Shown here: piece after piece, positions 49,619 to 59,882 of the stretch
How the letters are laid out: every line of letters starts with the position of its first letter
Numbering within the stretch: the first letter of the stretch is position 1
Origin: an uncultured Solirubrobacterales bacterium
GTDB lineage: Bacteria; Actinomycetota; Thermoleophilia; Solirubrobacterales; Solirubrobacteraceae
Direction: 5' to 3'
Assembly: GCA_963839945.1 (NCBI GenBank)
Contig: CAWIWW010000004.1
Span: 976,218-1,040,217, forward strand
DNA length: 64,000 nt
Notes under the pieces: model-generated
Database searches by the model: none
What the model saw: only the letters and a program-made list of their open reading frames with translations
Told to the model about the DNA's origin: nothing
Translations under genes and position numbers: made by a program

Positions 49619-51853
49619 TCACTGCGACTCTGTTTGTTGCGCGCGTGGGCTCGGCAGCCCAATCCACGGCATTCGTGGCAGCCACCAGTTGCGTGCTCCC
49701 ATCAGACGCATCAACGCCGGTACCAGCACGAGGCGAATCAATGTCGCGTCGATCGCGATTGCCAGCGCGAGGCCGAGTCCGAACTGCTTGAGTTCGAGCA
49801 CATTCGCGGTCACGAAGCTGCCGAACACCGCGACCATGATCGCCGCGGCCGCCGAGATCGGGCGCGCGGTGTGCTCGACGCCGGTCGCCACCGCCAGCTC
49901 GTTGTCGTGTGTCTTCAGCCACGTCTCCTGCATGCGGCGAATCAGGAACACCTCGTAGTCCATCGACAGTCCGAACAGCAGCGCGAAGATGGTCAGCGGC
50001 AGGTACACCTGGATGAAGCCCACGCTCGTGAACCCGAGCAGTCTTTCGCCGTGGCCCTCCTGGAAGATCAGGATCACGATCCCGACGGTCGCGCCCGTGG
50101 CGAGCAGGTTCATGACCACCGCCTTCACCGGCAGCACGACGCTGCGGAACACTACCGTCAGGAAGAGCAGCGATAGCGCCAGGATCAGCCCCAGCACGAG
50201 CGGGACTTTCGAGGTCGTTACGTTTGACAGGTCCACGATCTTGGCGGTAGCCCCGCCGACCGCCACGTCCGGTCCTCCCCGGGCGCGTATCGGCGGCACG
50301 AGCGTCGCGCGGATGTGACGCACGAGCTGTTCGGAGGCAGACGAGTCGATCGGCGTCGTCGGCGCCACGGTCAGCAGCGCTGCGTCTCGACCCTGCGTCA
50401 CGGCCACCGCGGCGATGTCGTTGTGTCCGGTGGGGGCCAGCTTGCTTGCGAGCGTCGCCGCGCGTGCCTGATCCGCGCGGCTGAGCCTGCCGGTGTCACC
50501 GGGGCGACTGACCACGATCTCGATCGGCGCCAGCGTGCCCGCGCCGAACGAGCGTGCCAGCACCTCCTCGCCCTTGCCCGACGGGGTGCTCCCCAGCGAG
50601 CGGATGCCGAAGTCCACCCCCGTCTGCAGGTTCAGCACGGGCGTGGCCGCAAGGATCAGCACCGCCACGATCGCGCCTGCGGCGAGCAGCGGCCGGCGCA
50701 TCACGGCCAGCGCCCACTGTGCCCAGAGGCCGTGCCCGTCTACAGCCTGGGTCCTTGTGTCGCGCGGCTGCATCCGCGCCGGCAGCGCGCCACGGTTGAT
50801 GCGCGTCCCCAGCGCAGCCAGCAGCGCCGGCAGCAGGGTCAGCGCGGCGATCACCGTGCACACCACGACCAGCGCTGCGCCGAGTGCAAACTCGCGGTAA
50901 GTCGGCGTCCTGATCAAGACGAGCGTCGACAGCGAGAGCGCGACGATCACGCCCGAGAACAGGATCGTCCGGCCCGAGCTTGCGATCGCCGCGCCCACCG
51001 CATCCTCCGTCTGCTCCCCCGCGTCCGCCGAGGTCCCTCCGGTGCGCATCCGCTGTGCGAGCTCCTCTCGGTAGCGGCTTACGATGAACAGCGCGTAGTC
51101 GATCCCGATGCCCACGCCGATCATCGTCACGATCGTCGTCAAAAAGCTGTCGAACGTGAGCGCCTGCGCGATCAGCGCGAGCAACCCATAGGTCAGCAGC
51201 AGGCTGCTGCCAGCCAGCGCCAGCGGCACCACCGCCGCGACCGCCGCCCCGAGCGCCAGCAGCAGGATCGCGAGCGCGATCGGCACTCCGATCGTCTCCG
51301 CCCGCTCGACGTCTTCGTTCTCGACCGTCGTGATGTCCTTGGCGACCGGCGAATAACCCGTCAGCCACACGCGCACGCCCGCGTGCGCGAGCGGGTCCAC
51401 GGCGTGTTGCAGGGTCCCGGCGCGTTCCACCAGCTCCCGGGGGTCCCCGGCGATGCCCACCAGCGCGATCGCGGCGTGCCCGTCGGTGGAGATCTGCCTG
51501 CGGGCGCCGGAGCTGTACGGACCTGCGACGCCCTTGACATAGCTCTCGCGGCGGGCCGTGCCGAGCGCGCGGGCGACGAGGTGACGGTATGCCGGTTCGC
51601 TTGCGCGGCGCGTGGGCGAGTAGAACACGAGCACGTCCTGCTCGGCGCCGTGCCCGGCGAATCGCTGTTCGAGCAACTGCGCAGCCTTCGAGGACTCCGC
51701 GCCGTCGACGCCGTAGTTCGGCGCTCCCAGCGAGCGCTTCAGTGCGGGATAGGACGCCGCGCAGGCGATCAGCACGAGTACCCACAAACCCAGCACCACG
51801 TGCCGGCGGCGGGCGATCATGCGACCCCAGCGGTAGGCGGCCGCGCTGCTCAT
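49619..51853 (-). CDS. MMPL/RND family transporter
   Basis: GIGIDYALF..RYREE, GRTILFSG, FGLSMDYEVF, DATLIRLVLVPA. Confidence 0.95.
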   Translation of the reverse strand: MSSAAAYRWGRMIARRRHVVLGLWVLVLIACAASYPALKRSLGAPNYGVDGAESSKAAQLLEQRFAGHGAEQDVLVFYSPTRRASEPAYRHLVARALGTARRESYVKGVAGPYSSGARRQISTDGHAAIALVGIAGDPRELVERAGTLQHAVDPLAHAGVRVWLTGYSPVAKDITTVENEDVERAETIGVPIALAILLLALGAAVAAVVPLALAGSSLLLTYGLLALIAQALTFDSFLTTIVTMIGVGIGIDYALFIVSRYREELAQRMRTGGTSADAGEQTEDAVGAAIASSGRTILFSGVIVALSLSTLVLIRTPTYREFALGAALVVVCTVIAALTLLPALLAALGTRINRGALPARMQPRDTRTQAVDGHGLWAQWALAVMRRPLLAAGAIVAVLILAATPVLNLQTGVDFGIRSLGSTPSGKGEEVLARSFGAGTLAPIEIVVSRPGDTGRLSRADQARAATLASKLAPTGHNDIAAVAVTQGRDAALLTVAPTTPIDSSASEQLVRHIRATLVPPIRARGGPDVAVGGATAKIVDLSNVTTSKVPLVLGLILALSLLFLTVVFRSVVLPVKAVVMNLLATGATVGIVILIFQEGHGERLLGFTSVGFIQVYLPLTIFALLFGLSMDYEVFLIRRMQETWLKTHDNELAVATGVEHTARPISAAAAIMVAVFGSFVTANVLELKQFGLGLALAIAIDATLIRLVLVPALMRLMGARNWWLPRMPWIGLPSPRAQQTESQ

Positions 51854-53757
51854 TCTCGTGCGCTCGCATTGTGGGGAGAGCCGTCGGGGCCTGCGTCCGC
51901 GAGGGGGAGGTCAGGGCTTGCGGCTGCGCCTGCTGGAGGTTCGGAGATCCCGTCGATCCCTGAACGGTAGACCGCGCTCCACACGCGCTCGTGCAGCTCC
52001 ACGTTGGCGCTACGGTCGGTCCGCACGTGCACGACAGTCGAGCCCGCCCGTGGCGCCAGCGCGCGCTCCAGGGCGGCGCGCAGCGCGGGGATCGTCTCCG
52101 CGCGCTCGTATGCCAGGCCGTACAGCTCGGCGGCCTTGGCGAAGTCCAGGCCGGTAGGTGTGGCTATGTGACGGGTGTACACGTCGATCCCTTGCCCCAT
52201 CGCCGCCCGCGACACCGCCAGGAAGTCGAAGATCCCGCCGCCCTCGTTGTCGAGCAGCACGATCGTCAGCTTCACGCCCAGGCGTTTTGCGGCGAGCAGG
52301 CCCCCGATGTCGTGCGCCAGAGCCACGTCGCCGATCAGCAGCACTACGGGGCCGTCGGTCGCGGCGGCTGCGCCGAACGCGCTCGACACCGTCCCGTCGA
52401 TCCCGTTGGCGCCGCGATTGCACAGCACGCGCGGCGGGTCCAAGCGCACCGGCCAGAACGTCTCGACGTCGCGCACCGGCATCGAGGAGGCGACGAACAG
52501 GGTCGCGGTCGCTCCCAGCAGCACCCCCAGCTCGGCGGCGACCGCGGGCTCGCTGATCTCCTCACTCGCAAGCACGCCGTTGATCGCCTCCGCCGCCTGC
52601 TCGTCGGCGGCGCGCCAGCCCGCCAGCCAGTCCGTCCGATTCGCCGTCCGATTTGCCGGCGAGGCCGATGCCAGGCCGGCGAGGGCGCTCGCGGGCTCCA
52701 ACGCCAGCGAATCGCTCAACACCGACGCCGGGTCCTGCCACGCGCCCTCGGGATCGAGCGCCACCTGGCGCACGCCCGCCAGGCCCGCGAGCCATGTGCG
52801 CAGCGGCTTGGACACCGGCAGGTCGCCCACCCTCACGACCAGGTCGGGACGGTGCGAGGCGGCGAACGCCTCGTCGCGCAGCAGCGCGTCGTAGTGAGCG
52901 ACCGCGGCCGCTCCGCGGCGCGCGCCGGACAGCGGGTCTGCGAGCAGCGGCCAGCCCGCGGCCTCGCAGAACGCGGCCGCCGACGCACCCAGGGGCGTGT
53001 CACTGCAGCGCTCGTAACGTCCGGCCACGACCACGCCGCGCCCGGCTGCCGCCACCAGCTCCGCCAGGTGCTTGTCACCGTCCCCGCTGCTGCTGTCGTC
53101 GCCACTGCCGTCGTCGCCGCCGACCTCGCAGCTGCCGGCCGCGATGGGGATCGGCGAACGGCTCACATACGGCCGCCCACCGTCTCGGGCCGTCTCATCG
53201 TCAGGCAGCGGCTCGTCGGTGACGAGCGGCTCGCGTAAGGGGAAATTGAGGTGCACAACCCCCGGCCGACCCTCCATCGCGCTCCAGTACGCGCGGCACG
53301 CGAGCGTCCTGATCCAGCGTAGCCGCGCAGGACTGGCGTCGTGCGTGCCCACCTCGACGAACCACTTCGCAGCGCTGCCGAACAGCTTCAGCTGATCGAT
53401 TGCCTGTCCCGCGCCGTTATCGCGCAGCTCCGGCGGGCGGTCCGCGGTCATCAGCAGCAGCGGCACGCGCGCCTCGCGCGCCTCGATCGCAGCCGGCAGG
53501 AGCTCGGCCGCGGCGGTCCCCGAGGTGCACGTCACGGCCACCGGCAGCCCCGACGCCTTCGCCACCCCGAGCGCGTAGAACCCCGCGCAGCGCTCGTCCA
53601 CGTGCGAGCAGCACTCGATGCGCAGCTCGCGCGCGAGCGTCAGCACCAGCGGCGCGCAGCGCGACCCCGGCGAGGTGCACGCCACGCGCATTCCGCAGCG
53701 CGCGAGCTCGTCGACGAACGCGCGCAGGATGAGATAGGTATCGGTGACGGGGGTCAA
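51850..53757 (-). CDS. menD: SEPHCHC synthase
   Basis: SPGSRCAPL, DERCAGF, TSGTAAA, TADRP, SMPVRD, NRGANGIDG, GD, NEGGGIF. Confidence 0.96.
   Translation of the reverse strand: MTPVTDTYLILRAFVDELARCGMRVACTSPGSRCAPLVLTLARELRIECCSHVDERCAGFYALGVAKASGLPVAVTCTSGTAAAELLPAAIEAREARVPLLLMTADRPPELRDNGAGQAIDQLKLFGSAAKWFVEVGTHDASPARLRWIRTLACRAYWSAMEGRPGVVHLNFPLREPLVTDEPLPDDETARDGGRPYVSRSPIPIAAGSCEVGGDDGSGDDSSSGDGDKHLAELVAAAGRGVVVAGRYERCSDTPLGASAAAFCEAAGWPLLADPLSGARRGAAAVAHYDALLRDEAFAASHRPDLVVRVGDLPVSKPLRTWLAGLAGVRQVALDPEGAWQDPASVLSDSLALEPASALAGLASASPANRTANRTDWLAGWRAADEQAAEAINGVLASEEISEPAVAAELGVLLGATATLFVASSMPVRDVETFWPVRLDPPRVLCNRGANGIDGTVSSAFGAAAATDGPVVLLIGDVALAHDIGGLLAAKRLGVKLTIVLLDNEGGGIFDFLAVSRAAMGQGIDVYTRHIATPTGLDFAKAAELYGLAYERAETIPALRAALERALAPRAGSTVVHVRTDRSANVELHERVWSAVYRSGIDGISEPPAGAAASPDLPLADAGPDGSPHNASARE
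51927..51970 (-). repeat. Palindromic repeat family B, copy 4 (in the menD C-terminal extension)
   Basis: CGCCTGCTGGAGGTTCGGAGATCCCGTCGATCCCTGAACGGTAG, near-identical to the copy at 39644-39687. Confidence 0.75.
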
Positions 53758-53881
53758 TGCGATGCGAACGCTACCCTGCCGAGGGCCTTCGCTCCGTGCG
53801 ACTGGTCATACATGCCGGTGGGCGCCCGCCGGAGAAAAGGCACTTTCAGAGTCGCCATCCCGCCTAGCGCATCCGACCGTG

Positions 53882-54616
53882 ATGAACATCCTCCCCGGAC
53901 CTCAGGACATTGTTCTGCTGCACGGGTTCGCCGGCACCCATCGCGCGTGGGACGGCGTGATCGCCCGTTTGGCACCCGAACGCTACCGTCCGCTGGCGCT
54001 GGACCTGCCCGGGCATGGCGAGCATGCCGGCGCCCCGCGTCCGATCACGTTTGCCGGCTGTGTCGAGCATGTGCTCGCGCGCGCTCCCGAGCGCTTCGCG
54101 CTGTGCGGCTACTCGCTGGGCGGGCGCGTCGCCCTGCATGTCGCACTGGCGGCGCCGGAGCGTGTTACGCGGCTGGTACTGATCGGCGCCAATCCAGGGA
54201 TCGAGGAGCCCGCCGAGCGGGCCGCGCGACGCGAGGCGGACGAGCGGCTGGCCGAGCGGCTCGAATACGAGCCTTTCGAGGAGTTCATCGAGAGCTGGCG
54301 CACCCAGCCGCTGTTCGCCGAGGACCCGCCCGAGGTCGGCGAGCTCGCCCGTGCCGACCAGCGCCGCAACGACCCGATCGCCCTGGCTGGCGTCCTGCGC
54401 GGCCTCGGCCCGGGCGAGATGGAGCCGTTGTGGGACAGGCTCGGGGAGCTGCGGATGCCGGTGAGCGTCCTCGTGGGCGATCGCGACGCGAAGTTCAGGG
54501 CGCTTGCCGGGCGGATGGTTGAGCTGCTCCCCGACGGCGAGCTGATCGTGGCGCCAGGGGGTCACGGCCTGCCACTGGAGAACCCGCCTGCCGTGGCGCA
54601 AGTGCTGGACGGCTAG
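53882..54616 (+). CDS. menH: SHCHC synthase (alpha/beta hydrolase)
   Basis: LLHGF, DLPGHG, GYSLGGR, W..QPLF, GDRDAKF; men cluster context. Confidence 0.88.
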   Translation: MNILPGPQDIVLLHGFAGTHRAWDGVIARLAPERYRPLALDLPGHGEHAGAPRPITFAGCVEHVLARAPERFALCGYSLGGRVALHVALAAPERVTRLVLIGANPGIEEPAERAARREADERLAERLEYEPFEEFIESWRTQPLFAEDPPEVGELARADQRRNDPIALAGVLRGLGPGEMEPLWDRLGELRMPVSVLVGDRDAKFRALAGRMVELLPDGELIVAPGGHGLPLENPPAVAQVLDG

Positions 54617-54625
54617 ACTCGACTC

Positions 54626-55144
54626 ATGCCGACACTCGTGCTCGACCCGGCGCCCACCGAGATCGAGGCGCTGCTGGAGCGCCGGCGGCGTCTCGGCCTC
54701 GATCATCACGATGAGGTGTGGGAGGGTACCTACCGGATGACCCCGCCACCGAGCTTCGCACATCAGCGCATCGCCGAACAACTCGCCGCGTTGCTCGGAC
54801 CGCTGGCCACAGCGGCCGGCCTGGAGCCGCTGATCCGGGAGTTCGGGCTCGGTGGGCCTGAGGACTATCGCGTCCCCGACGGCGGGCTGCACCGTTCCGG
54901 CGCGGACGGCGTCTGGCACCCAACCGCGGCGCTCGTGCTGGAGATCATCTCGCCGGGCGATGACACCTGGCGGAAGCTCTCCTTTTACGCCGCCCACGGC
55001 GTGGATGAGCTGCTGATCGTCGATCCTCAGGAGCGAGCCGTGCACTGGCTGGGGCTGCGGGGCTCGGATTATGAGCCGATCGAGCGCAGCTCCCTGATCG
55101 ATCTCGGCGCCGCGGAGCTGGCCGAGCGGATCGACTGGCCGTAG
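54626..55144 (+). CDS. Uma2 family endonuclease (paralog of 32058-32579)
   Basis: RVPDG, LVLEIISP, FYAAHGVDELLIVD. Confidence 0.9.
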   Translation: MPTLVLDPAPTEIEALLERRRRLGLDHHDEVWEGTYRMTPPPSFAHQRIAEQLAALLGPLATAAGLEPLIREFGLGGPEDYRVPDGGLHRSGADGVWHPTAALVLEIISPGDDTWRKLSFYAAHGVDELLIVDPQERAVHWLGLRGSDYEPIERSSLIDLGAAELAERIDWP

Positions 55145-55157
55145 GGTAGGCGCGGCC

Positions 55158-56198
55158 CTACATCAGCTCGACGCCCAGCCCCGGCTCGGACGGCAGCGCG
55201 ATCCTGCCCGCGCGCACGGGCAGCGCATCCGCGACGGCGCCCTCGAACATCCCGAGCGTCGCCAGCCCGCAAGCCGGCAGCGGTCCTCGCGAGGCCAGCG
55301 CCGCGGCCGCGTGCAGCGCGGCCGCCACTCCCAGTGGGCCGTCCAGCGTCGAGGAGACGTAGGCCTCCGCGCCAGAGGCGCGCACCAGCGTCGCGGCCGC
55401 GAGCAGGCCCGAGATCCCGCCGCAGCGGCCAATCTTCAGGCACACCGCGTCGGCCACGCCCGCCCCGAGCGCGCCGTGCTCGGCGGCGGTCTCGTCGATC
55501 GCCACTCGCGTGCTCACCCGCTCACGCACCTCCCTGACGGCCTGCAGTCCGTGCGTCGGCTCCTCCACGAGCTCCAGTCCCGCCGGCGCCAGCGTGTCGA
55601 TCGCCCTGACGGCCTCCGGCACCGTCCACGCGCCGTTGGCATCCAGTCGCAGCGCCGTCTTCGTGCCCGCCGCCGCGCGCACCGCCGCCACGCGCCCGGC
55701 ATCGTCGCCGGTTCCCACCTTCAGCTTGATGCACTCGAACCCCGCCTCCACGGCCGCCTGGGCCTGTTCGGCCGCGCCGCGCCGATCGCTCGCGCCGATC
55801 GTCGCGTTCACGATCACCGCGCCCGCCGGATCGTCGGTGAGCAGCTGCACGACCGGCTTGCCCGCGCGCCTGCCCGCGCGGTCCCACAGCGCCATGTCGA
55901 TCGCCGCCAGCGCCTGCGGCAGATCCTCGACGCGCCGGCACGCTTCGATCAGCTGCTCCCCGTTCATGCGCTCGGCGTCCTTCTGCGCGAGCACTGCCCT
56001 GTAGCGTTTGAGCGCAGATTCCACCCGGGCGACGCTCACACCGTCATATGACTGCAGCGGCGCGGCTTCGCCGTAGCCGATCGCTCCGTCCTCGTCGGTG
56101 AGCGTCACCGCCAGCAGCTCGCGCTCGCTCACCGCGCCGTGCGCGCTGTGAAGCGGCTGCCTCAGGCGCACGTTCCGTCGCTGCACGCTCAATCGCAA
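55158..56198 (-). CDS. menC: o-succinylbenzoate synthase (enolase superfamily)
   Basis: GEAAPL, KLKVG, RLDANG, EEP, DET, LK; men cluster context. Confidence 0.85.
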   Translation of the reverse strand: MRLSVQRRNVRLRQPLHSAHGAVSERELLAVTLTDEDGAIGYGEAAPLQSYDGVSVARVESALKRYRAVLAQKDAERMNGEQLIEACRRVEDLPQALAAIDMALWDRAGRRAGKPVVQLLTDDPAGAVIVNATIGASDRRGAAEQAQAAVEAGFECIKLKVGTGDDAGRVAAVRAAAGTKTALRLDANGAWTVPEAVRAIDTLAPAGLELVEEPTHGLQAVREVRERVSTRVAIDETAAEHGALGAGVADAVCLKIGRCGGISGLLAAATLVRASGAEAYVSSTLDGPLGVAAALHAAAALASRGPLPACGLATLGMFEGAVADALPVRAGRIALPSEPGLGVELM

Positions 56199-56205
56199 CC
56201 GGCGC

Positions 56206-57168
56206 TCACCCTCCGATCCCGCCGCTGGCGAGTATGCCCGCGGCGAACAGCACGCAGAACAGCAGCTGCAGCATGCCCGTCTTCGCCAGCGCGCCGTTCA
56301 GCGACGGCCCGTCCACCCTCGTGCGCACGGTCCTGAGGACTCCCACGGCAAGCGGGATCGCCGCCCAGCTGAGCAGCAACCACGGCGAGAACCCGAGCGC
56401 CCACAGCGCTGGCGCGCTTATGAACGCGCCCGCCACCATCCCCGTGTATAGGCCGCGCGTGCGCTCGCGCCCCAGCCTGACTGCGAGGGTGCGCTTACCC
56501 GCGCGCCTGTCGGTGTCGATGTCGCGGACGTTGTTCACGACCAGGATCGCGCTGGCCAACAGGCCCACCGGCACGGCGCACCCGAATGCCTGCCACGGCA
56601 ACTGCTGGACCTGCACGAAGTAGGACCCGGCTACCGCGACGATGCCGAAGAACAGGAACACGAACACCTCGCCGAGTCCCTCGTACCCGTATGGGCGCGG
56701 GCCGCCCGTGTACAGCACCCCGGCGAGGATCGACGCGGCCCCGACCGCGATCAGCTCCGGCCCGGCCACCACCACCAGGTATGCCCCGCACGCGACCGCC
56801 ATCCCGAACGTCACGTACGTGGCGACCAGCACCTGTCTGGGTGGCACCAGCCCGCCCGCCGTCACCCTGACCGGTCCCAGGCGATCCTCGCTGTCCGCGC
56901 CCCGGCGGGCGTCGGAGTAGTCGTTCGACAGGTTGGTCCCCACCTGGATGAACATCGCCCCGAGCAGCGCTGCGAGGAACGCGAGCGGGTGAAACCGCCC
57001 CGCCCCGAGCGCGAGCGAGGTCCCCACGAGCACGGGCGCCACCGCCGCCGGCAGCGTGCGCACGCGCGCGGCCATCACCCAGATGCGCACCATGCTCGCC
57101 CGCCTCCTCGTGCCCGGTCCCGCGCCCGCTGGGGCCGGCGCGGTCATCGTGGTCTGCGCGACGGTCAT
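56206..57168 (-). CDS. menA: DHNA polyprenyltransferase
   Basis: ARVRTL, NLSNDYSD, YTGGP, GLGE, VNNVRDIDTD..GKRTL. Confidence 0.95.
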   Translation of the reverse strand: MTVAQTTMTAPAPAGAGPGTRRRASMVRIWVMAARVRTLPAAVAPVLVGTSLALGAGRFHPLAFLAALLGAMFIQVGTNLSNDYSDARRGADSEDRLGPVRVTAGGLVPPRQVLVATYVTFGMAVACGAYLVVVAGPELIAVGAASILAGVLYTGGPRPYGYEGLGEVFVFLFFGIVAVAGSYFVQVQQLPWQAFGCAVPVGLLASAILVVNNVRDIDTDRRAGKRTLAVRLGRERTRGLYTGMVAGAFISAPALWALGFSPWLLLSWAAIPLAVGVLRTVRTRVDGPSLNGALAKTGMLQLLFCVLFAAGILASGGIGG

Positions 57169-57223
57169 CGTGCGCTCACGCGGTTCGAGCCCTTCAATCG
57201 CCTGGCGCGCGAGCCCATCGGGC

Positions 57224-58093
57224 TCACGCGCGCTTCGGGAACTTGCCGAAGTCCGGCTTGCGCCTCTCCCGGTATGCGTCCCTGCCCTCCTGTGCCTCCG
57301 CGCTGCCGTAGAACAGCAGGTTGGCGTCGTGCGCGAGCTGCTGGATGCCGCTCAGGCCGTCCTCGGCCGCGTTGAAGCTCGCCTTCAACAACCTCAGCGC
57401 GAACGGCGAGAGCTCGAGCATCTCTTCACACCAGCGCACCGTCTCGTCTTCCAGCCGCGCGAGCGGCACGACCGTGTTGACCATGCCCATCTCGAGCGCC
57501 TGGAGCGCCGAGTACTGTCGGCACAAAAACCAGATCTCCTTGGCCTTCTTCGGGCCCACGATGTTTGCCAGTAGCCCGGCGCCGAACCCCCCGTCGAACG
57601 AGCCGACCTTCGGCCCCACCTGCCCGAAGACGGCGTTGTCCGCAGCGATCGTCAGGTCGCACACCAGGTGCAGCACGTGCCCGCCGCCGATCGCGTAGCC
57701 GGCGACCATCGCCACGACCGGCTTGGGCAGTCGCCGGATCTGCACGTGCAGATCGGTCACGTGGAACCTGCCGATGGGTGGGGACTTTGTCGATGACCGC
57801 ATCTCCTCCTCGGCCAGATACCCCGAGTCTCCGCGCACGCGCTGATCGCCGCCGGAGCAGAACGCCAGCTCGCCCGCGCCCGTCAGCACGATCACACCGA
57901 TCTCCGTGTCCTCACGCGCGTCCTCCAGCGCTCTGGACATCTCAACGATCGTTCGCGGGCGGAACGCGTTGCGCACCTCGGGCCGGTCGATCGTGATCTT
58001 CGCAATCCCGGAGGACGAGGACCCGCCCACCCCGCTGGACTTCTCGTAGCGGATGTCCTCGTACTCCCCCGTGCTTGTCCAGGTGGTCGGCAT
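57224..58093 (-). CDS. menB: DHNA-CoA synthase
   Basis: [43 protein letters not shown]. Confidence 0.97.
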   Translation of the reverse strand: MPTTWTSTGEYEDIRYEKSSGVGGSSSSGIAKITIDRPEVRNAFRPRTIVEMSRALEDAREDTEIGVIVLTGAGELAFCSGGDQRVRGDSGYLAEEEMRSSTKSPPIGRFHVTDLHVQIRRLPKPVVAMVAGYAIGGGHVLHLVCDLTIAADNAVFGQVGPKVGSFDGGFGAGLLANIVGPKKAKEIWFLCRQYSALQALEMGMVNTVVPLARLEDETVRWCEEMLELSPFALRLLKASFNAAEDGLSGIQQLAHDANLLFYGSAEAQEGRDAYRERRKPDFGKFPKRA

Positions 58094-58104
58094 TCCCGGG
58101 AAGG

Positions 58105-58696
58105 CTACCTTTCCCGGACCAAACGGCGGCCGGCCTTCAGCTGCTGCTCGTCCTCGTCTTCCGGCAGCCGAACATAGAGAAGGTCTCCGGGCGTCACGAA
58201 CGGCTGTTCAAATCCGTGGCGCGCGAGCAGGTCTCGAGAAGAGTCGTTGTCGGGCTCGACCATACCTTGGACGACGGGCATCCTCCCCTCGTGCTCCTCG
58301 ATGTGGCGTAGGGTCTCAGCCAAGACGAAGTCGCTCACAGCCGTCCCGTCCTGGCATTTGTATCCTCCTTCGCCGCGGTACTGCTCGCTGAGGGTGAGGA
58401 CGTCAATGTACGTCGCGTCCGCATACGCATCCTCGGGAAGCCATCTGTGCCGGATCCTAGGGCCGTACTTCCACAAGATGATGCTTAGTCCCACGACGGT
58501 GCCTGCTGGCATCTCCCGCGTCACGCGTAAGGTCGTTATCCGCGTAGGGATGCGTGCCGGCATGGTGGCGAGCAATGATCCTCTCGACCGTATCTTCGTA
58601 CGAATGGCGTTTGTCCCCGCACGAAAAGGTAGCGAGGTCCGCGCAATCCGTAGCGTTCTCGGTATCTGTCTGCAGTTCGCCCGCGATGATCGGCAT
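58105..58696 (-). pseudogene. GNAT-like acetyltransferase (putative toxin), frameshifted near 58548
   Basis: N-part MPII…DLATFSCG; C-part VVGLS, YIDVLTLSEQYRGEG, VEPDNDSSRDLLARHGF. Removing one base from the GGG at 58547-58549 fuses them. Confidence 0.7.
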
Positions 58697-58709
58697 CGGG
58701 GCGTACACC

Positions 58710-59033
58710 CTACTGCGGTGGGGCACCCCTTCTCTGGAACCGCAGGAACTGCTCGGCCTGCTCATCCGTGAGTGCGATCACAACGGGAGCAGAAGCGAAG
58801 CTGACGGCCTCACGCGTGGCCTCATCAGGGCCCAGGACTGTCGCGCCGACAGGGGTCTCGGTTGCTTCGTCGTTGGAGAACGGCCGAGTAAATACGTCGC
58901 TGGTAAACGCATCACCAGCACGCCACCAATCGGGGTCTTTGGGGAAGCGGAGTGCGAACCCTTCGGATAGCTCACGTTCGCCCTGGTAGCTCCCAAATAG
59001 GCGTGCATCTGCGTTGGTCTCAATTGTTGCCAT
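58710..59033 (-). CDS. Hypothetical protein, putative antitoxin
   Basis: AAGGAG RBS; acidic; C-terminus VIALTDEQAEQFL…PP resembles DUF1778/TacA tails. Confidence 0.65.
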   Translation of the reverse strand: MATIETNADARLFGSYQGERELSEGFALRFPKDPDWWRAGDAFTSDVFTRPFSNDEATETPVGATVLGPDEATREAVSFASAPVVIALTDEQAEQFLRFQRRGAPPQ

Positions 59034-59712
59034 GCGAGTCTCCTTCTTCGGATAGTAGCCGCATCGCCCTGTCGTTGACGAAGTCAAAGCCCTCGTCGAT
59101 CCAGGTGGACACTTGATCGAACCCAATCGGACCCGTCGTCGCCGCGCGGCCGATCTGATGATTGACGAGCAACGAAGCCCCTTTCGACCCGTGCTTGTGC
59201 ACGGTGGGCTCAACGGAAAGCGAATCTTCACCCTCCTTCAAGCGCCGGAACCGGACGCCGGCGCCAAAGTACCCCTCGCCAAGGACGTCGGCTTGCTCCG
59301 CACCGTGCAGTAACCGTCCAGCCATAAAGGTCGTCGCGTCGTCGTCGGGCGCGTCGACAAACGCCTGGATCTGGATCGCGCACTGCAGAAACCCATCGAT
59401 GTGCAGGCGTTCTGACGCGATCTTTAGAATCTTTAGCGCCTTCTTCGCGGCCATGGAGTACAGAAGCACTTCGACGTCGTCCATCTTGGCCTGGACCTGG
59501 AGCAGCGCTGGACGGATCTCCACCGTGTCTTCCGGGCCGTTGTTGAGCTGTATGCCCCGGTCGTTGTAGATGAACTCGAACGCCCTGTAGGGATAGGTGG
59601 GGATGATGTCTGCGAAGACCTTCTGAAGATCAGCCTTATCGAATGCCGGCGGCGGGAGCTGCCGGGGTTGCGGCACAAGGCTGACGGTAAGCGATTTGTA
59701 GCGCGGCTCCAC
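59020..59712 (-). CDS. Hypothetical protein, TIGR04255-like pattern
   Basis: AGGAGG RBS before GTG 59712 (alternative ATG 59736); alpha/beta pattern with GVRF and SVEP; overlaps the next gene. Confidence 0.6.
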   Translation of the reverse strand: MEPRYKSLTVSLVPQPRQLPPPAFDKADLQKVFADIIPTYPYRAFEFIYNDRGIQLNNGPEDTVEIRPALLQVQAKMDDVEVLLYSMAAKKALKILKIASERLHIDGFLQCAIQIQAFVDAPDDDATTFMAGRLLHGAEQADVLGEGYFGAGVRFRRLKEGEDSLSVEPTVHKHGSKGASLLVNHQIGRAATTGPIGFDQVSTWIDEGFDFVNDRAMRLLSEEGDSHGNN

Positions 59713-59882
59713 GGGCTCCTCCTGAGGTCGGGGCATCTTACCCGAGTGCTGCAGGGCGCCCTTCGCGCCCGTGGTACTGACTGTCCCGCGGAGGCGGCGA
59801 CGCCCTCGACGACGAATGCGAGCCGACGCTGGTGGAGCTGCCCGGGCCCGCGCCGATGGGCGCAAAACCCTAGCCTGTGGCT

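Noticed and set aside
53780-53860. Stem-loop between menD and menH as a riboswitch
   Set aside because: GC-rich pairing only; no match to an aptamer I recognise.
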